Of a stretch of 64,000 nucleotides of DNA, positions 28,015 through 38,759 are shown in pieces. Location of the stretch: IMG/VR virus record IMGVR_UViG_3300044998_001320; one strand, 5' to 3'. The notes under the pieces were generated by a model, which saw only the letters and a program-made list of their open reading frames with translations, was not told the DNA's origin and did no database searches. Position numbers and translations under genes: made by a program. How positions within the stretch are numbered: position 1 is the first letter of the stretch; every line of letters begins with the position of its first letter. This DNA is from an uncultured virus (IMG/VR IMGVR_UViG_3300044998_001320) (lineage: Duplodnaviria; Heunggongvirae; Uroviricota; Caudoviricetes).

Positions 28015-29445
28015 TTATCCAAAATAGTCTCCAAACAGCGCAATTTCTTGAAAACAGAAATAGTTAGCACCAGAGCTATTGGCCCCTGTTTGCAGTAAGG
28101 CTAGCTGATTGCCCTCTATTGGATTGGTGACCGGGAAAAAGAAATACTGATTTGTTCCAGTAATCTGGGTTTGGTTTGTCCAGGATTGAACCGTAGTCCA
28201 GTTAACTACATTCGTGGAGTCCGTCAAAGACGTGCCAGAGTTGACCTTGAGGGCAAAGTTTCGAGGGTAATGGTTATCAGAAGATCTTGTCTGAATCCAA
28301 AACCCGGTACATCGAAAGGGACTCTGAAATTGCCAGCCACGCCAACTATTGGCGGTACTGGGGGTATGCACGTCTTGCCCGCCCGCGACCCGATCGGTCA
28401 GATTTAGCACCGTGCCGCTTCCGTTTCCGCTGGTAGCCGCGGTTAGGATCGCCGTATTGGAAGGGTTTACCCAAGTGCCGTTGCCTTGGACTAGCCCCAG
28501 ATAGTGGAACAGATCGGCGGCGTTCAGGGGGTTGGCGGGGTTATTGGCTAGGGGTGTGCCGTTGTAGGTGAAAGACAAAAAGCCTGGCTCACAATCCAGA
28601 CACTCCCAGCTAGTCCCCTGAGTGATGAATCGTCCCTGAAATCCGGGGCGGATATATACGAAAGTACTTGCGTTAATTGGGCTGTTGGTATTGCATCCAA
28701 ACCCCGAAAGGGTGGCAGAGCCGGCGGCGTTGACGCGAATCGATGTGGGACGGGAGTTCGCCAAGATAATCACGCCGCTAGGTGTGGAGGGCAATGTGAA
28801 GACACCTCCACCCTTGACCAGGTAGCGACGGTTTGGCTCCAAGGTGGCATTATTTGTGAGCACTGTCCATTGCTCTGAGTCCCAGACGGGTGCACCGCCT
28901 TGGATCTGCAACGTCTGTCCAGTGGACGCGCCTTGTCCCGATATCAAACTGTACTGGGCAGCCGACATCAGCCCGTCCGTCGTTGAGGTGGCCAGTCCTG
29001 GCGAAGGGATTGTGACCACACCGGTTTGTCCGTTGACGCTGATGACAGTCCCGGGAGGGGACTGGGAGAGCCAATTGGATAGATTTGAGGCGGGCAACGC
29101 AGCAAGGATGAACGACTGCCCGCCCAAGTCTGATCGCACGGCCACCGCACCCACCTCAGCAGCCAGGGAGAGCATTGCAGCTTGGCTGGACACAGGGAAG
29201 ACCCCCCGCGTGGTGCTGATGTCTGGCAGGTTGGCGACAGGAACCTTGCCGGTCGCATCCAAGGGTGCTACACCGTTGGGTTGCCCTAGCTGTGCAGCGC
29301 TTAGCCGGGATTGCAGAGCGACTGGTAGCCCATCCACGTCGGATTGCTCGTGTCGATGCCCTGCTGGCACGGTTTTACCGCCGACGATCGCGGCGGCTTC
29401 TGTAGACCATTGGGACACCAGAGAGAGGGCGCGATCACTCGTCAT
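28015..29445 (-). CDS. Tail fibre protein with C-terminal discoidin (F5/8)-like domain
   Basis: HRHEQSDVDGL, GVAPLDATGKVP, VISVNGQTGVV, DGLMSA fibre motifs; YPRNF...NWT...EIALFG. Confidence 0.8.
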   Translation of the reverse strand: MTSDRALSLVSQWSTEAAAIVGGKTVPAGHRHEQSDVDGLPVALQSRLSAAQLGQPNGVAPLDATGKVPVANLPDISTTRGVFPVSSQAAMLSLAAEVGAVAVRSDLGGQSFILAALPASNLSNWLSQSPPGTVISVNGQTGVVTIPSPGLATSTTDGLMSAAQYSLISGQGASTGQTLQIQGGAPVWDSEQWTVLTNNATLEPNRRYLVKGGGVFTLPSTPSGVIILANSRPTSIRVNAAGSATLSGFGCNTNSPINASTFVYIRPGFQGRFITQGTSWECLDCEPGFLSFTYNGTPLANNPANPLNAADLFHYLGLVQGNGTWVNPSNTAILTAATSGNGSGTVLNLTDRVAGGQDVHTPSTANSWRGWQFQSPFRCTGFWIQTRSSDNHYPRNFALKVNSGTSLTDSTNVVNWTTVQSWTNQTQITGTNQYFFFPVTNPIEGNQLALLQTGANSSGANYFCFQEIALFGDYFG

Positions 29446-31565
29446 CAGCTCACCACTGTCACATAGGGAGTAATTTCCACGTCAAAGGGATTGCTGTTCG
29501 TCAGCACAACCCCGTTCGAGGCTTTCTGTTCAACCCGCACGCCATTCACCTCTTGCAGATAGCTAGCAACGTACATACTAGGAGGAATCAGCGTCTCGCT
29601 GTAAACTTGGAAGGCAACGTGTCCCACCTCGATTCCGTCCACGCTAGACAGGAACAGGAAATTATTGACAGTATCTCGCGACGTCACCAGAGCTTCCACC
29701 ACATCCTGGTACTTGTTGGTTTGAATCAGGATCCGCATGTCCGGCGTGAAGCTGAGGGCACTGGCAACCGAGATGCGCTTCAACCCGCTGTTGATGGACA
29801 GCACGGGTTGGGGTGCAAAGGAGGGCACGACTGGGAATCGCTGGAAGACCCGCCGAACCCGGCTTGTCGCAGCCTTGACCAAGCGATCGCCCGGCTGGAT
29901 CCCTGCAACGGTGTCGAGGACAATCGAAGTACCCGTCGGGGCGCTGGTGATCTGGGCATAGACAATCACCGTGCGATCGGGGCCACGAACCACCGAAACC
30001 GCATCGCCATTTGCAAAGCCAGTGATCGATCCAACGGTTAGGGTGCGAGTACCCGTGTTGATTGCGCTGATCGCCGTGTTCGCCGTGTCGCTGGGGGCGG
30101 CAGGGATTGTGACAGTGGGCAACAGCAATCTTGGCAAATGTCCCGCGATCATGCTAGCGGGAACCGGGCTAGCAGCAAACACCTCAGCAACCTCCCTTGC
30201 ACCCGCCGCCCCAATTGCGGGTGTGCCATCAGACAGAGCGCGCCCAAATACAACGATTTCTTGGTATCGCCGTACCCCGTCAGTGCCAATCTTGAATGGC
30301 TTCAGGGTAGGAGTGAAGCCACTGAGGGACTGCTTAGCCCTGAGAATGCCGTTCACAAACAGGGACAGGCTGGCAGTCTCCGGGTTGCTGACAACAAGGC
30401 AGCGCGCCGCTTTGGGCAAATCCGCCGTATCAGATACGATCGTTGCACCAGCCTTGACCGACAACCTGTTATTCTCTAAGTAAATATCAAGGTCACCAAA
30501 GTCAAGCAAGCTGCCGTTGCCGCGCCAGTCGAGAAGATCAAAGTAGACCGCAAAGGACGATCGCCCAGCAAGTACGTTGTCCTTGGGCTGCCACTCTAGC
30601 AAGGTCGAAGACCGAGCAATCAAAGACTCACGCTGATAAATCGCAGAGGTGCGATAATCTGATCGCTCCAAAAACAGCCCACCAAAATTCACCGAAAACA
30701 GTGACTCGCAATAGAACTCCAGCCAACACTGGACATCGGGAGGCGGCGCAAAGCTGGCAACACTACTGGTGGTCACGCCATTGGCAACCAAAGCAGACCC
30801 CTCGACGGTCACGACCACATTGCCACTCCCGTCGGTAGCAGTGTGGCTCACGACTCGGTAGCTGGTATTGTTACCAAAAGAAACAAAAGAACCAGCCAGT
30901 TGGTCAGCCGCCAGTCCTGACAATGCGATTGTGAAAGTGCTGGGCGTTACCGCCACCAACCCGTTGGGTGTTCGCAACTGCGGAACATCGATTGCCTCGC
31001 CGGGGGACACGAATGTGGTATGGAATAATCGATACCTGCCAAGATAATTGTTTAGCTCAGCAAGGGACTTTGTGTGATATGTAGTCGTCCCATCGAAGCT
31101 GGTTAAACGAAGTACGTCCCGTGTACCTGCCGCGCCAGAAATTGGTTGCAGCAACCCCCAGAATTGGTAGGTTTTGCCTGGACTGAGAGCGACCAAGCGA
31201 CGCAGCAATTGCGGGGATCCACCAAGATTACTGGGCAACCATGTTACCCGATCGGCCAAAAACGACGCATCGGGAGCCGGAGCCGCGTCGGGAGTAACGT
31301 TCACATTCGATCCTTTTTCCCAGACTGGCTGAGAAAGGTCGATGTTGAAGGTCAACAAATTTGAGCCAGACGGCTCCACGTAGAACGAGCCATCGACATC
31401 GGAAACGGCAAAAACATTGCCTGGAACAGGAGAAAGTGTAAACGATCCGTTGACTTCAGATTCCAGATAGATCGGGCTTGATCTCTGGAAATTAGGAATT
31501 GATCGATTACGGAGATCAACCACTGAACTGTTCAGAGCAAAAACGATCTCATCAGAGACTGGCAT
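29445..31565 (-). CDS. Tail fibre/baseplate protein with LamG-like domain
   Basis: LSLFVNG...FKIG...EIVVFGRALS; repeated small beta domains; located in the fibre cluster. Confidence 0.65.
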   Translation of the reverse strand: MPVSDEIVFALNSSVVDLRNRSIPNFQRSSPIYLESEVNGSFTLSPVPGNVFAVSDVDGSFYVEPSGSNLLTFNIDLSQPVWEKGSNVNVTPDAAPAPDASFLADRVTWLPSNLGGSPQLLRRLVALSPGKTYQFWGLLQPISGAAGTRDVLRLTSFDGTTTYHTKSLAELNNYLGRYRLFHTTFVSPGEAIDVPQLRTPNGLVAVTPSTFTIALSGLAADQLAGSFVSFGNNTSYRVVSHTATDGSGNVVVTVEGSALVANGVTTSSVASFAPPPDVQCWLEFYCESLFSVNFGGLFLERSDYRTSAIYQRESLIARSSTLLEWQPKDNVLAGRSSFAVYFDLLDWRGNGSLLDFGDLDIYLENNRLSVKAGATIVSDTADLPKAARCLVVSNPETASLSLFVNGILRAKQSLSGFTPTLKPFKIGTDGVRRYQEIVVFGRALSDGTPAIGAAGAREVAEVFAASPVPASMIAGHLPRLLLPTVTIPAAPSDTANTAISAINTGTRTLTVGSITGFANGDAVSVVRGPDRTVIVYAQITSAPTGTSIVLDTVAGIQPGDRLVKAATSRVRRVFQRFPVVPSFAPQPVLSINSGLKRISVASALSFTPDMRILIQTNKYQDVVEALVTSRDTVNNFLFLSSVDGIEVGHVAFQVYSETLIPPSMYVASYLQEVNGVRVEQKASNGVVLTNSNPFDVEITPYVTVVS

Positions 31566-32191
31566 TAGGATTCTCCTGGCTTTAGAGCAGCGAGGGCTTG
31601 GGCCTCAGCGATTGCTGCATGGCGCTGCTCATTGCTCATTGAGGACAGTAGAGCAGCCGCATAGCTAGAATCAGAAACTCCAGAGGCGAGGGCCAATTGC
31701 TGGGATACGCTGTGACTCAGAGATACAGAGCCAGCAACGATCGCCTGGAGATCCTCGGGCGCGGCGGTGACTAGCAACTGCGCAGCCGCTTCGCTGATTC
31801 CAAATTGCCGCATCAGGGTTGCTGTAGCGACGCAGGTGGACTTGCGGGCGTTCAAGGCTTCGGTACCATAGCGAGATTGCAGCTCCTCATAGCTAAAGCT
31901 TTGAGCCTCAGGATGTTCGTCTAAGATTCGTTTGTACTCGGCTTGATACAGACTGAGTTGGTATTCGGCATCTCGCCGGTGGGGTGATTTTTGCCCCGTA
32001 AAAAACTGCCGAATGCGATCAAGAATTGGCCAGTTTTTTAGGGTGCGCTGTAATGCCAAAATTTCCAGTTCCGCCTGTCGTAAACCACTAAACCAGTGCT
32101 CCCGTTCAGCGCTGCGAATTACATCCAAACAACGGGCGCGATCATTTCCAGAGACAGGTGTAATGGGTGTAATGGGTGTTAACAAGCTCAT
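31565..32191 (-). CDS. Hypothetical helical protein, possible fibre assembly factor
   Basis: Coupled between fibre genes. Confidence 0.55.
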   Translation of the reverse strand: MSLLTPITPITPVSGNDRARCLDVIRSAEREHWFSGLRQAELEILALQRTLKNWPILDRIRQFFTGQKSPHRRDAEYQLSLYQAEYKRILDEHPEAQSFSYEELQSRYGTEALNARKSTCVATATLMRQFGISEAAAQLLVTAAPEDLQAIVAGSVSLSHSVSQQLALASGVSDSSYAAALLSSMSNEQRHAAIAEAQALAALKPGES

Positions 32192-32200
32192 ACTTTCAAC

Positions 32201-33403
32201 CTAAACAAAAGCACCGGAAAAATTAGAAATTCCAACAGGGTGAGAACGTGTCAAAGAAAGCGGGTTAGGTGCCGCAGTAAGAGCCTCTGTCGCGAAGGTG
32301 AATTTATGCACCGACGACATTCCCGATGTTGTAAACCAACTATTCCAGACGTGATAACTCCCAAGAGTTCCCCCACAGAGATAACCAACAGACGACGACC
32401 CAACACAAGCGGCATTGCAGCTTGCTGCTGGCATATCAGCCGCAATCCTTGAGTAGTTTTTTGAGGTGATGTTGTATCGATAATTCCACGTCGGATTTGA
32501 CCTTCTCCCCGAAAACACCCAGGCATTTATTCCATTCCCCAGCGCTTGCCTTGCAGCCCCAGAACTGTCCTGAGAAAACCCATCAAAAGAGATAGATTCT
32601 GTTGAAAACTGCAAACTATAAACACCACCACTCCCGGCAAAAGGAGTACCAAAATAAACAGCGAGAGACGGAACAGATACGCCTGCGCCATGATGGGTAG
32701 CAGGAGAGAAATTTGCAGGGATCAAAGACACAGATTTTGAGTCAAATCCTATCCTTGCCACTCGATTAAACTGGGCAGTCCACGACTCAACAAAAAAAGC
32801 ATGGGACAGGCTAGAAAAACCTACAGGGGCTCTTCTGCCCGCAAAACCTCCCATAGATGGACGATTAAAAAACGGGAGGATAGACGGAAGCGATGTTGCG
32901 GATTCAGTTGCAAACAAAAACTCTTCAATCTCTCCTTGTCCAGACTGTCCATCCGCAGCAGAGGAACCCCCCGCCAAAAATCCACTAATCAACCGACTTG
33001 CGCCGCCACGCTGCTTGCGACCAAAGTTGGTCTTAGATGCCATCCCGGTAATTACATCAGTCGCAAATGTAACCTTGTCTGCACTGAGATCCGTCATACT
33101 CCCGCCGCCCATACCAAAAACATATCCTACGGTTCCTACTGCTGGTGCAGTCTGTGTGGCTGGTTGAGCACGGATGACAGGATCCAAGACAACTGGCATC
33201 AACGAGCCGATGATGATCGCCCCTCGGTTTTGCTCAGCAGCTTGCAAAACCCCGGCTGACCGACGGCTGAGGGCTTGGCGGATTGACTGAGCCCGCGAGT
33301 CGCCTTGCAGGTTACGGACAGCGACATCCAGAGCGGAAGTACTGCTGCTGGACTGGGCTAACGCAGGGAGTTCTTGGGGATACCAACGGGGATTGGAAGG
33401 CAT
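32201..33403 (-). CDS. Putative receptor-binding protein with Kelch-like propeller repeats
   Basis: GYVFG...DKVTFATD, GFLAGG...EEFLFATE, GYLCGG...HKFTFATE. Confidence 0.6.
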   Translation of the reverse strand: MPSNPRWYPQELPALAQSSSSTSALDVAVRNLQGDSRAQSIRQALSRRSAGVLQAAEQNRGAIIIGSLMPVVLDPVIRAQPATQTAPAVGTVGYVFGMGGGSMTDLSADKVTFATDVITGMASKTNFGRKQRGGASRLISGFLAGGSSAADGQSGQGEIEEFLFATESATSLPSILPFFNRPSMGGFAGRRAPVGFSSLSHAFFVESWTAQFNRVARIGFDSKSVSLIPANFSPATHHGAGVSVPSLAVYFGTPFAGSGGVYSLQFSTESISFDGFSQDSSGAARQALGNGINAWVFSGRRSNPTWNYRYNITSKNYSRIAADMPAASCNAACVGSSSVGYLCGGTLGSYHVWNSWFTTSGMSSVHKFTFATEALTAAPNPLSLTRSHPVGISNFSGAFV

Positions 33404-33415
33404 GAGGGATTGGGA

Positions 33416-35635
33416 TTAGAGGTCAAAGAGTCCGAGTCCGCAACCCGTGTCGGAGTCAAGGGAAAGGGTGACTCCGCCGGATCCACACTGGGTGGCGACG
33501 ACTAGGCGGCGCACCCCAGCCTTTTCAACCACAAAGGCGACGACCGCTTGAAAGGGCTTGTTACCATCGAGACGTGGCAAGCGGAACCCGAGTAGCCGAT
33601 CGCCCACGAGCAACCGTCCGCGAATTGACCGGGGGTGATTGATGGTGGCAGCTTCTGCTCTGAGTACCTGCCCAGGGCTGGGCAGGGCGCGATCGGGGGC
33701 GGGTAAGAATGTTACCTCTCGATAGGTGACATAGCCCTGCCCAGCCTCGCCTTCAAGCTGAGCTAGGGCGTTGAGGGTGTAGTAGGGAGTAGGGCTGTTA
33801 GTGATCGGCAAGTGCATGGCGATCGGACTGAATTGCAGCTCGCCCCCCGATCGGAAGATTGAGCCGCCGCCCCCTTGGGTATGGACGATCGTTGTGAGAT
33901 GTCCCACCACTCGTGCGCCGTCCAACCAAGCCAGGGCCGCCAGTGGCTCAATCCCCGCATAGGGCGTAAATCGCAATTGAAATTGCCACGCCTCGGACTG
34001 GCGCGGCGGATAGTAGACCAGGGCTTGGTAGGTGGTGTTAGCGGACAGCCCAGCAACGACCGGCTTGTCAATCCGCCCGCTCACGCCAGACAGGAAGGCA
34101 AAACAACCCAGCTCACTCTCGGGAATCGTTGCCACCCCAAATCCGTTGGTCGTCACCTGTACCCGCTTGTAGATGGCATGAATCGCCGCCCGCTCAGCGC
34201 CATAAACGACGATGAAATCATCGCCATCGGCGGGTGCAGCGTAGGCAGCGAGGTCGTCCCTGGATCCATCGCGGATGTTGGCGGCTTTTAGGGGCGCACC
34301 GGTTGCGCCGTTCCAGACCATTTCGATCGCCTCAAAGGGCACGGACAACCCCGAACCGGCGGGCAGATTAACGGCGGGGCAAAAGTAAGCGGTTTGTCCG
34401 GGCAGTAGCTTTTGATTGGCATCGGCGATCCAAGTCAACGCCCCCACGCCCCCCAGATTCTGGAAGCGCCCAAAGCTGCTAATCTCTTCGCCAGACAAAG
34501 CATAAATCTTGTGATTGGCGGCGATTTCACTGAAGCGAGATCCGGCGGGACAAGACTCCAAGGGGACGGTCAGCAAGGCGTTGCCGTTGCCGTCATTCCC
34601 CGCAGTCAACTTGGCCACCGCCAAGGTCTCCATGTAGGCTTCGTTGGTGTAGCTGACTCGATTGGGACTGGGCAAGCAAACCGAGTTATTGGGGCTGCTA
34701 GCCGCCTCGCCAACCCGCCCAACATTACCAATCACGGCCCCGGCACTGAAATTTTGAACAGAGCGGGCATAGGTGGATCCACTACCCGGGCGCCCTGCCA
34801 GCAGATTGACGAGACGCTGTTGAGCCACGTTGGCTAGATCCGAATCCACGAGGCGACCTGTAAAGGTCAGGGCAAATCGGGGATCCAGGGGTTCCTCGCC
34901 ACCGTTACCCCAGGTGTACCCTCGATCAGCAAAGTTCTGGAGGCGGCGGATGCTGATCGTGTTCAGAACGTCGATCTGGGGCAGGATCTTGTAGGTCTTG
35001 GTGGCAACCCAGTTGGGGTCAAGGGCATAGATCCGATGGTCACCAAGCACGAAGCCGGTGGCGGTTTTATTGGCGATTGTCAGGATGCGATCGCCGGAGC
35101 TGTTCAGATTGAGTGCTTGGTAGAAACCGTCAGGGGTGAGGATGTCCGGTGACAAGACCCAGAGCCAAAAGAAGCGGTAGCGCCGGGTGTTTTCCTTTGG
35201 AGAACTCTGGACAATCGCCCCAGTGCTGGATCGTGCCGCAAAGACGATCGACCCAAGGGCGGTGTCTTGCTCGCCCCCCACTTCAGCAGCCAATCCAACC
35301 AGGGATAGGCGATCAAGGCGATTGACAACCGAACTGACGGAGGGTAAAGCGGGAACTTGGATGGTTCCGCTAGGCACATCCACGTCATAGCTAGGGGCAA
35401 TCGGGATACGCGCCCGTCCACCCCCAAGGGTTAAACCACGGGGTGGTGCGATCGTGACAGTGGGCGGCGTAACCCAGCCGACAGATTGGCGAGATTGACG
35501 GGCAAGGCGCATAGCCACCTCACCCACCCCGGTTACGTCGGGGGCCGTGGGCACTCGCACATCGTCGGGGCCTGTCGGGGCAATGAAGACGACAGCGAGG
35601 TCGGTTGGGGTAATCGGGACAGATTGATCGGCCAT
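33416..35635 (-). CDS. Large baseplate or fibre-attachment structural protein
   Basis: About 740 aa, beta-rich, between the gpI-like gene and the fibres. Confidence 0.55.
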   Translation of the reverse strand: MADQSVPITPTDLAVVFIAPTGPDDVRVPTAPDVTGVGEVAMRLARQSRQSVGWVTPPTVTIAPPRGLTLGGGRARIPIAPSYDVDVPSGTIQVPALPSVSSVVNRLDRLSLVGLAAEVGGEQDTALGSIVFAARSSTGAIVQSSPKENTRRYRFFWLWVLSPDILTPDGFYQALNLNSSGDRILTIANKTATGFVLGDHRIYALDPNWVATKTYKILPQIDVLNTISIRRLQNFADRGYTWGNGGEEPLDPRFALTFTGRLVDSDLANVAQQRLVNLLAGRPGSGSTYARSVQNFSAGAVIGNVGRVGEAASSPNNSVCLPSPNRVSYTNEAYMETLAVAKLTAGNDGNGNALLTVPLESCPAGSRFSEIAANHKIYALSGEEISSFGRFQNLGGVGALTWIADANQKLLPGQTAYFCPAVNLPAGSGLSVPFEAIEMVWNGATGAPLKAANIRDGSRDDLAAYAAPADGDDFIVVYGAERAAIHAIYKRVQVTTNGFGVATIPESELGCFAFLSGVSGRIDKPVVAGLSANTTYQALVYYPPRQSEAWQFQLRFTPYAGIEPLAALAWLDGARVVGHLTTIVHTQGGGGSIFRSGGELQFSPIAMHLPITNSPTPYYTLNALAQLEGEAGQGYVTYREVTFLPAPDRALPSPGQVLRAEAATINHPRSIRGRLLVGDRLLGFRLPRLDGNKPFQAVVAFVVEKAGVRRLVVATQCGSGGVTLSLDSDTGCGLGLFDL

Positions 35636-35650
35636 GAGGAAGTTCAATCA

Positions 35651-35688
35651 GAAAGGGCGGAAGCCATAGTCGACTCCCCGCCCTTTCG
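35651..35688. terminator. Intergenic hairpin
   Basis: GAAAGGGCGG...CCGCCCTTTC. Confidence 0.45.
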
Positions 35689-35818
35689 GTGGTTTTTGGG
35701 GAATAGGAATTAAAAATATTCGCTTGTCTAACCCAAGCCTTTGTTTGTGTGTCTAGATTAGTTTACCACCACGGAAGACGCAATCAAAAGTAGCGATTCT
35801 TGAGAAAGAGATTATTGA

Positions 35819-38284
35819 TCAACTCCGCTGAATTGGTTGTCGATAGCGGAACCCCGCCATACCTTCGGAACGCAAGTCGACGTCCGGTAGATTGTGATAA
35901 TCCAAAACCCGCCCGCCGCTGCTCACGGACACCGCATGGGCCTTGAGAACCTCCGGTGGGCGCAAGGTGAACTCAACGACAATCTGGGTGAAACCTCGCT
36001 CAGGATCGTAGTCAACGGCACGATCGCCCGTAGCGTTTTCCCAGACGGCAGCCGTAGCGGGCACCTCGATCGAGCCTTGGTCGGTGAACAACGACAAATG
36101 CCAAGCGGCCCGGTCTCGAAGCGAGACCAGCTCTGGATATTGCTCGTTGAGTGGTGGGCGCTCAGCAGGCGGCTTGGGTTGGTAGTGCCAATCAGTGATT
36201 GTGAGCGTTGTCCAGTCGTCGGGCACGTTGCACAGGTGGATCAACTCTCTGACGGGCACGACTTCCGAGCGATCACCCGTGGCAGGCCGCCCAGGGTAGT
36301 AGAAAGGGGAGCCATCACCCCAACGGGATTGATGATGCCAGATCATCACCGGTGACTCCCATGCCCAGGACTCAGGAATTACCTGAGTTACATCCTGAGC
36401 ATCCCGCCCAGGATAGCCAAAGCGATCGCCCGGGTCAATCGCCCAGTCCCGCAAATCCCACCAGTGACGAGCGGCTGGTAAGGAGATCGGGCGAAGGGAC
36501 GAGATGGGAGAAGACGCAGCCCCAACGGAGCTGGGTATGGAAGCGGTTGGTGACACAGACGCGACGGGTGGCACGGGGGCAGTGGGTGACACGGGAGCAA
36601 TGGATCCTGTACCCGTGAGGGCGGTGAGGGGCGACAAGGCAGGAATGGGAGTCAGGGGCAAGAACCGATCAACAGCCCAGGGTTCCCAGAAGTCAAAGGG
36701 CAGAGAGGGGGCGATCGCCGGCTCGATTCGGGTTTGAACCTCGGCAGGACGATGGATAACGAACTGGTTAGGTGGAATGCCGGGATTGCCGGGGGTAACA
36801 ACGACTTCAGTCCCGACGGTATCCCAGACCTGCAGCCCAGGTGTGCAGCCAACCGGCGGAACATCCACGATATGCCAGGTGGTCAGCCATCGGTCTTGCC
36901 ATGGTGCGTACCATTGGCGGGCGGGTTGGGCAGGTTGAATCAACGGCTCGTCCCGATCGTGCACCACCTGGCGATCAGCGGCGGGGTAGTACCAAGCGCG
37001 CGGATCACCAACCATTTGAGGCGGGACAGGGGCTGCTTCGATGGCAAGGAACGGGGGAGCGTAGAAAGGGACGATAAAGGAATCGTAGAAGTCACGGCAA
37101 TCGCCGATCGGAACCCCAGGACGGAGGTGTTGGGTGAGGATTTGGGGCGGCGTGATGACAACGAACCAAACCGTGAAGTAGTCAAAACACCAGGCGCTGT
37201 TGCCATCGATCACCACAATGATCGTCTCTTGGCGTCCACCTGGAATCTCTCGAGCGGGGCAACCAAAACTATCCTGGTAAGTAAAGAATTCTTCGATATT
37301 GCCCCATTGCTCCAATCGATCGTCTCTCACTTCAGCCTGCTCAGCGGGGCGCGGGGCAAAAGGAAACGAATCCCAATACTTGAACCCGTCTACCTGATAG
37401 CGGAAAATCAGCTCGCTTTCATCAGGATTGGATCCACCGCCGCCCCCGCCGACAGGAGCAAGCTGCCGGGGCAAGACCAATCGCTCTAGCCAAATCCAAG
37501 GGGTAGGCTGGTTAGGGGATACCAGGATTTCTGGATTCAGCTCGTAGATAGACGGCGCGATCAGGGGCCACTCATCGCGATCACGCAAGGTGAAAACTTC
37601 GTAGGGGCGATAGACTCCCATCATGGGCCCAGGCGATCGTTGGGGAGCTGCCGGCTGTTGCTGCACGTTCACAAACGCCCCGTCATGGCCTGGGAATGGC
37701 TGGGTGAAATCCCAGGGCCAGTCAACCAACCGCTCCCAATGCCAGCGCGGCTGAAACTCAACACTCCCCTCGTATCCCCCCAGAAACTTTTGCTCAAGGA
37801 TAAGCCGGGTGCTGTTGATGTTGAAGCTGCTGTAATAATCCCACCAGCGCGGGGGTTGATCGGTGGGACGATCGCCCAAGGGGAGGTAAATCTGAAACCG
37901 GCTGGGGTCGGAAGCGCCACGCCACAGCAACCAGTGCTCAATGGCCCAACGAATGCCTGATTCCGTGCCTTTCTTTTGCCAGTACTCCCAAGCTCCCAGG
38001 ATCAGGCGGCGCTTATCCTCAGAATCCCAGGCGGGATTTACTGCCAGCCCTAGCCAGCGACCACCTTGAGGCCCCAGCGACACCAATTGCTGAAGCCAAT
38101 CCAGCCAGTAGCCAGGCGCGACCTCTGGATCCAAAAAATAATCCCGCTGGTCAAGACGATTGAAGACCAAGTCCAAATGGGGTTGCAGCGCCTCACAAAA
38201 ATGTCGCAGCAAGCCAATTCCCAGGTCGTCAGCGAACTGAGCATACAGCGGCATGTTCTGCCAAATCTCACGCGGATAGGCCAC
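35819..38284 (-). CDS. Baseplate wedge protein (P2 gpI-like) with long Trp/Pro-rich extension
   Basis: LDPEVAPGYWLDWL...KRRLI...WQKKGTESGIRWAI. Confidence 0.8.
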   Translation of the reverse strand: MAYPREIWQNMPLYAQFADDLGIGLLRHFCEALQPHLDLVFNRLDQRDYFLDPEVAPGYWLDWLQQLVSLGPQGGRWLGLAVNPAWDSEDKRRLILGAWEYWQKKGTESGIRWAIEHWLLWRGASDPSRFQIYLPLGDRPTDQPPRWWDYYSSFNINSTRLILEQKFLGGYEGSVEFQPRWHWERLVDWPWDFTQPFPGHDGAFVNVQQQPAAPQRSPGPMMGVYRPYEVFTLRDRDEWPLIAPSIYELNPEILVSPNQPTPWIWLERLVLPRQLAPVGGGGGGSNPDESELIFRYQVDGFKYWDSFPFAPRPAEQAEVRDDRLEQWGNIEEFFTYQDSFGCPAREIPGGRQETIIVVIDGNSAWCFDYFTVWFVVITPPQILTQHLRPGVPIGDCRDFYDSFIVPFYAPPFLAIEAAPVPPQMVGDPRAWYYPAADRQVVHDRDEPLIQPAQPARQWYAPWQDRWLTTWHIVDVPPVGCTPGLQVWDTVGTEVVVTPGNPGIPPNQFVIHRPAEVQTRIEPAIAPSLPFDFWEPWAVDRFLPLTPIPALSPLTALTGTGSIAPVSPTAPVPPVASVSPTASIPSSVGAASSPISSLRPISLPAARHWWDLRDWAIDPGDRFGYPGRDAQDVTQVIPESWAWESPVMIWHHQSRWGDGSPFYYPGRPATGDRSEVVPVRELIHLCNVPDDWTTLTITDWHYQPKPPAERPPLNEQYPELVSLRDRAAWHLSLFTDQGSIEVPATAAVWENATGDRAVDYDPERGFTQIVVEFTLRPPEVLKAHAVSVSSGGRVLDYHNLPDVDLRSEGMAGFRYRQPIQRS

Positions 38285-38759
38285 GGGGAGGATCCTTCGA
38301 TTCAGAAGCGACGACTAGAACAGGAGGCAAGACCGCGACCCAGCAGTTGTTTTGGTAACCCCAAGTGGTAAATTCATCCAACCACATCTGAAATCCGTCT
38401 GCGCCGGAACCCATTGGTTCGCCGAGGTACTTGTAGGACTGACTCAACAGAGCTAAAACCTCGGGGGTAAAGGACTTGGTCGGTTCAGGTGGGGGTTCGG
38501 GATGGCCCCCACCCGGCATTATTATCTCGCGATTTACGGACAAGTCCATTAGCGTAATCGGCTCGTACTCCCCAGGATCCTGGGGAGACTCAGAGTCGGC
38601 AGTGGACAACAGAGACTCAAAGGTAGCTACTGAGCCAAGGATGATCGCCGTCGCAATGCCAGCGACCACTCCATGGGAGAGGCTGGGGCTGATCATTTCA
38701 AGAGCTGTCACAGCAAAAGCGACACCAATGGCAGAGGCGACGACGGAGGGAGTAAGCAT
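38268..38759 (-). CDS. Two-helix membrane protein, holin candidate
   Basis: Two N-terminal hydrophobic segments and an acidic, Pro-rich tail. Confidence 0.45.
   Translation of the reverse strand: MLTPSVVASAIGVAFAVTALEMISPSLSHGVVAGIATAIILGSVATFESLLSTADSESPQDPGEYEPITLMDLSVNREIIMPGGGHPEPPPEPTKSFTPEVLALLSQSYKYLGEPMGSGADGFQMWLDEFTTWGYQNNCWVAVLPPVLVVASESKDPPRGLSA

Noticed and set aside
32201..33130. DGR variable region
   Set aside because: No template repeat or reverse transcriptase in the window
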